Shown in pieces: positions 62,510 through 64,000 of a DNA stretch of 64,000 nt. A program made the position numbers and the translations under genes. Location of the stretch: the NCBI RefSeq assembly GCF_964355755.1, contig NC_092678.1, positions 23,515,365 to 23,579,364 on the forward strand, given 5' to 3'. Below the pieces are notes generated by a model that was not told where the DNA came from, ran no database searches, and saw only the letters and a list, made by a program, of their open reading frames with translations. This DNA is from Antedon mediterranea. Lineage: Eukaryota > Animalia > Echinodermata. Each line of letters opens with the position of its first letter. Within the stretch, counting starts at the first letter, position 1.

Positions 62510-62647
62510 AGCTACACTATCAAACTGTATGTGATCAATTGTGATGTGTCCTTATTTGGAGTTGATGATGTCATATCACTACCATATCTGAGCATATCAC
62601 TACCTTATTTGAGCACATCACACTTTTTTGATAGTGTAGACAGAGCT
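62510..62647. mobile_element. MITE family A, degenerate
   Basis: ctacactatcaaact ... tttgatagtgtagacagagct. Confidence 0.75.
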
Positions 62648-64000
62648 TTAGGATTCAAGTTCAGAAAGTACTAGGTTCAGTGTGAATGATGGGATTATGG
62701 AGTTGTACTGTACGCAGATTGGTGGTTGAGATGTTCGTCTAACGATCGCTCTGCGTGCGTTCTTGGTTCGAATCATGTGAAATGTTAGGGTTTTTTTCAT
62801 GACATATCAATTCCAATTTCAAAGACTTGTTTATGTAGAGAGTATTTATGTTTGTTATGTGAATAGATTGTCACTTGCATATCGCAACAAAATTGATAGA
62901 CCTGGGCAATGTTCCCTAAATAAAATAAAATAATATTGTTAAAAAGTAAACTTACAATTGAGGGAAGGCACAGTATTACGTAAAACTTTTACTCTATGGT
63001 AAAACGAAGAACTTTTGTTGTTGAGGATACAGGAGAGTATCTGAATTCATTTCAACTGATCAATAAGTTGTATATGTATAATATAATAAGTCAATATTTA
63101 ATGTATATAGTTTAATGTAGTTTAACTGTTCAATCACCATATTCATTGTATTGTGATAATTATGTATTGGTAATTGATTAATACAGACTGTATAGGATGC
63201 TGTCAATGGTTGTGAATGTTTCCGCAATGAATTTGTATATGTGAATGACTCAAACATTATTTATCTACATTTGTAGCATGTTCAGATTTGATAAAATCAT
63301 GTTAATTTATAAAAGCAAGATTTCTGTCTTGTTGAGGATACAGGTGTGTTGGCAGGTGGATCGACAACAAACGGCGTGTCTGCTGTGGCTTGCTTACTTC
63401 TTGTTAGGATATCATGCTTATGTTTAATTGTTCGCTGTTTTAGCCCGCCTAAAAGACACATTACACGTCTCTTTAATTCAAACTGTCAGCTTGTTGTGTC
63501 TATTAGGTTTAGAACAAGTTGTTTGTCCATTTTCTAGACTATTGTGAAATCTTCAAATGCCTTTATACTTTATTCTGTGTTTTGTTTTAGGTACATACTA
63601 GATGGTTCATTTTCTATAGTTTCCTTAGATATCTCCATCGGTCAGTTGTTTTTTTAAATAAAAACAACGAACGAAGAAATAATGTAAAAATAAAGAGGAA
63701 GAAAAGAAACATGATGGAATTGACGTCATAATAAGTAGTACATGCCTCGAAGCATGTCGAATATCTCTAGCTGCCGTCTGTCACTCACTAAGTTTACTGT
63801 TAGATTACTTTAAAAATAAACACCCTTCTATCCTGAAGGTAATAGTGAAATGTTATATTCCATGTATAGGCCTAAGCTATTATAACAGCAGCCGTGTCTA
63901 TAAAATATTGTCCATTATATCACCGTATAGAGTCCAACTTATATGCGTATACGTGTTTTATATTGTTATACAGGCCTATAATTGTTATAGACCCCAACCA

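Overview
AT-rich, intron-containing eukaryotic DNA from an invertebrate animal. It is probably a non-vertebrate deuterostome such as an echinoderm, but that is inference from vertebrate-like exon phases, a Deu/Nin-type SINE and TAGGCCTA enrichment. Five protein-coding genes can be assembled by hand with consistent GT-AG phases: the last two exons of SMC1 (+), a fibulin-1/2 (+) with two mutually exclusive C-termini resembling fibulin-1C and -1D, HSD17B10 (-), ATXN10 (+, head-to-head with HSD17B10 and ending in a U12-type intron), and a complete four-exon Wnt7 (-). This order combines gene blocks that are split across human 22q13, Xp11 and 3p25. Non-coding DNA is dense in MITEs (one Harbinger-like family has about 23 copies), tRNA-derived SINEs, a young RTE LINE fragment, many minisatellites and an unusual repeat carrying an internal full-cloverleaf tRNA-Asp(ATC)-like sequence. 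No prokaryote-type system (CRISPR etc.) is present. Most ORF-track entries are spurious or partial exons. All coordinates were read by eye, and repeat boundaries are approximate.
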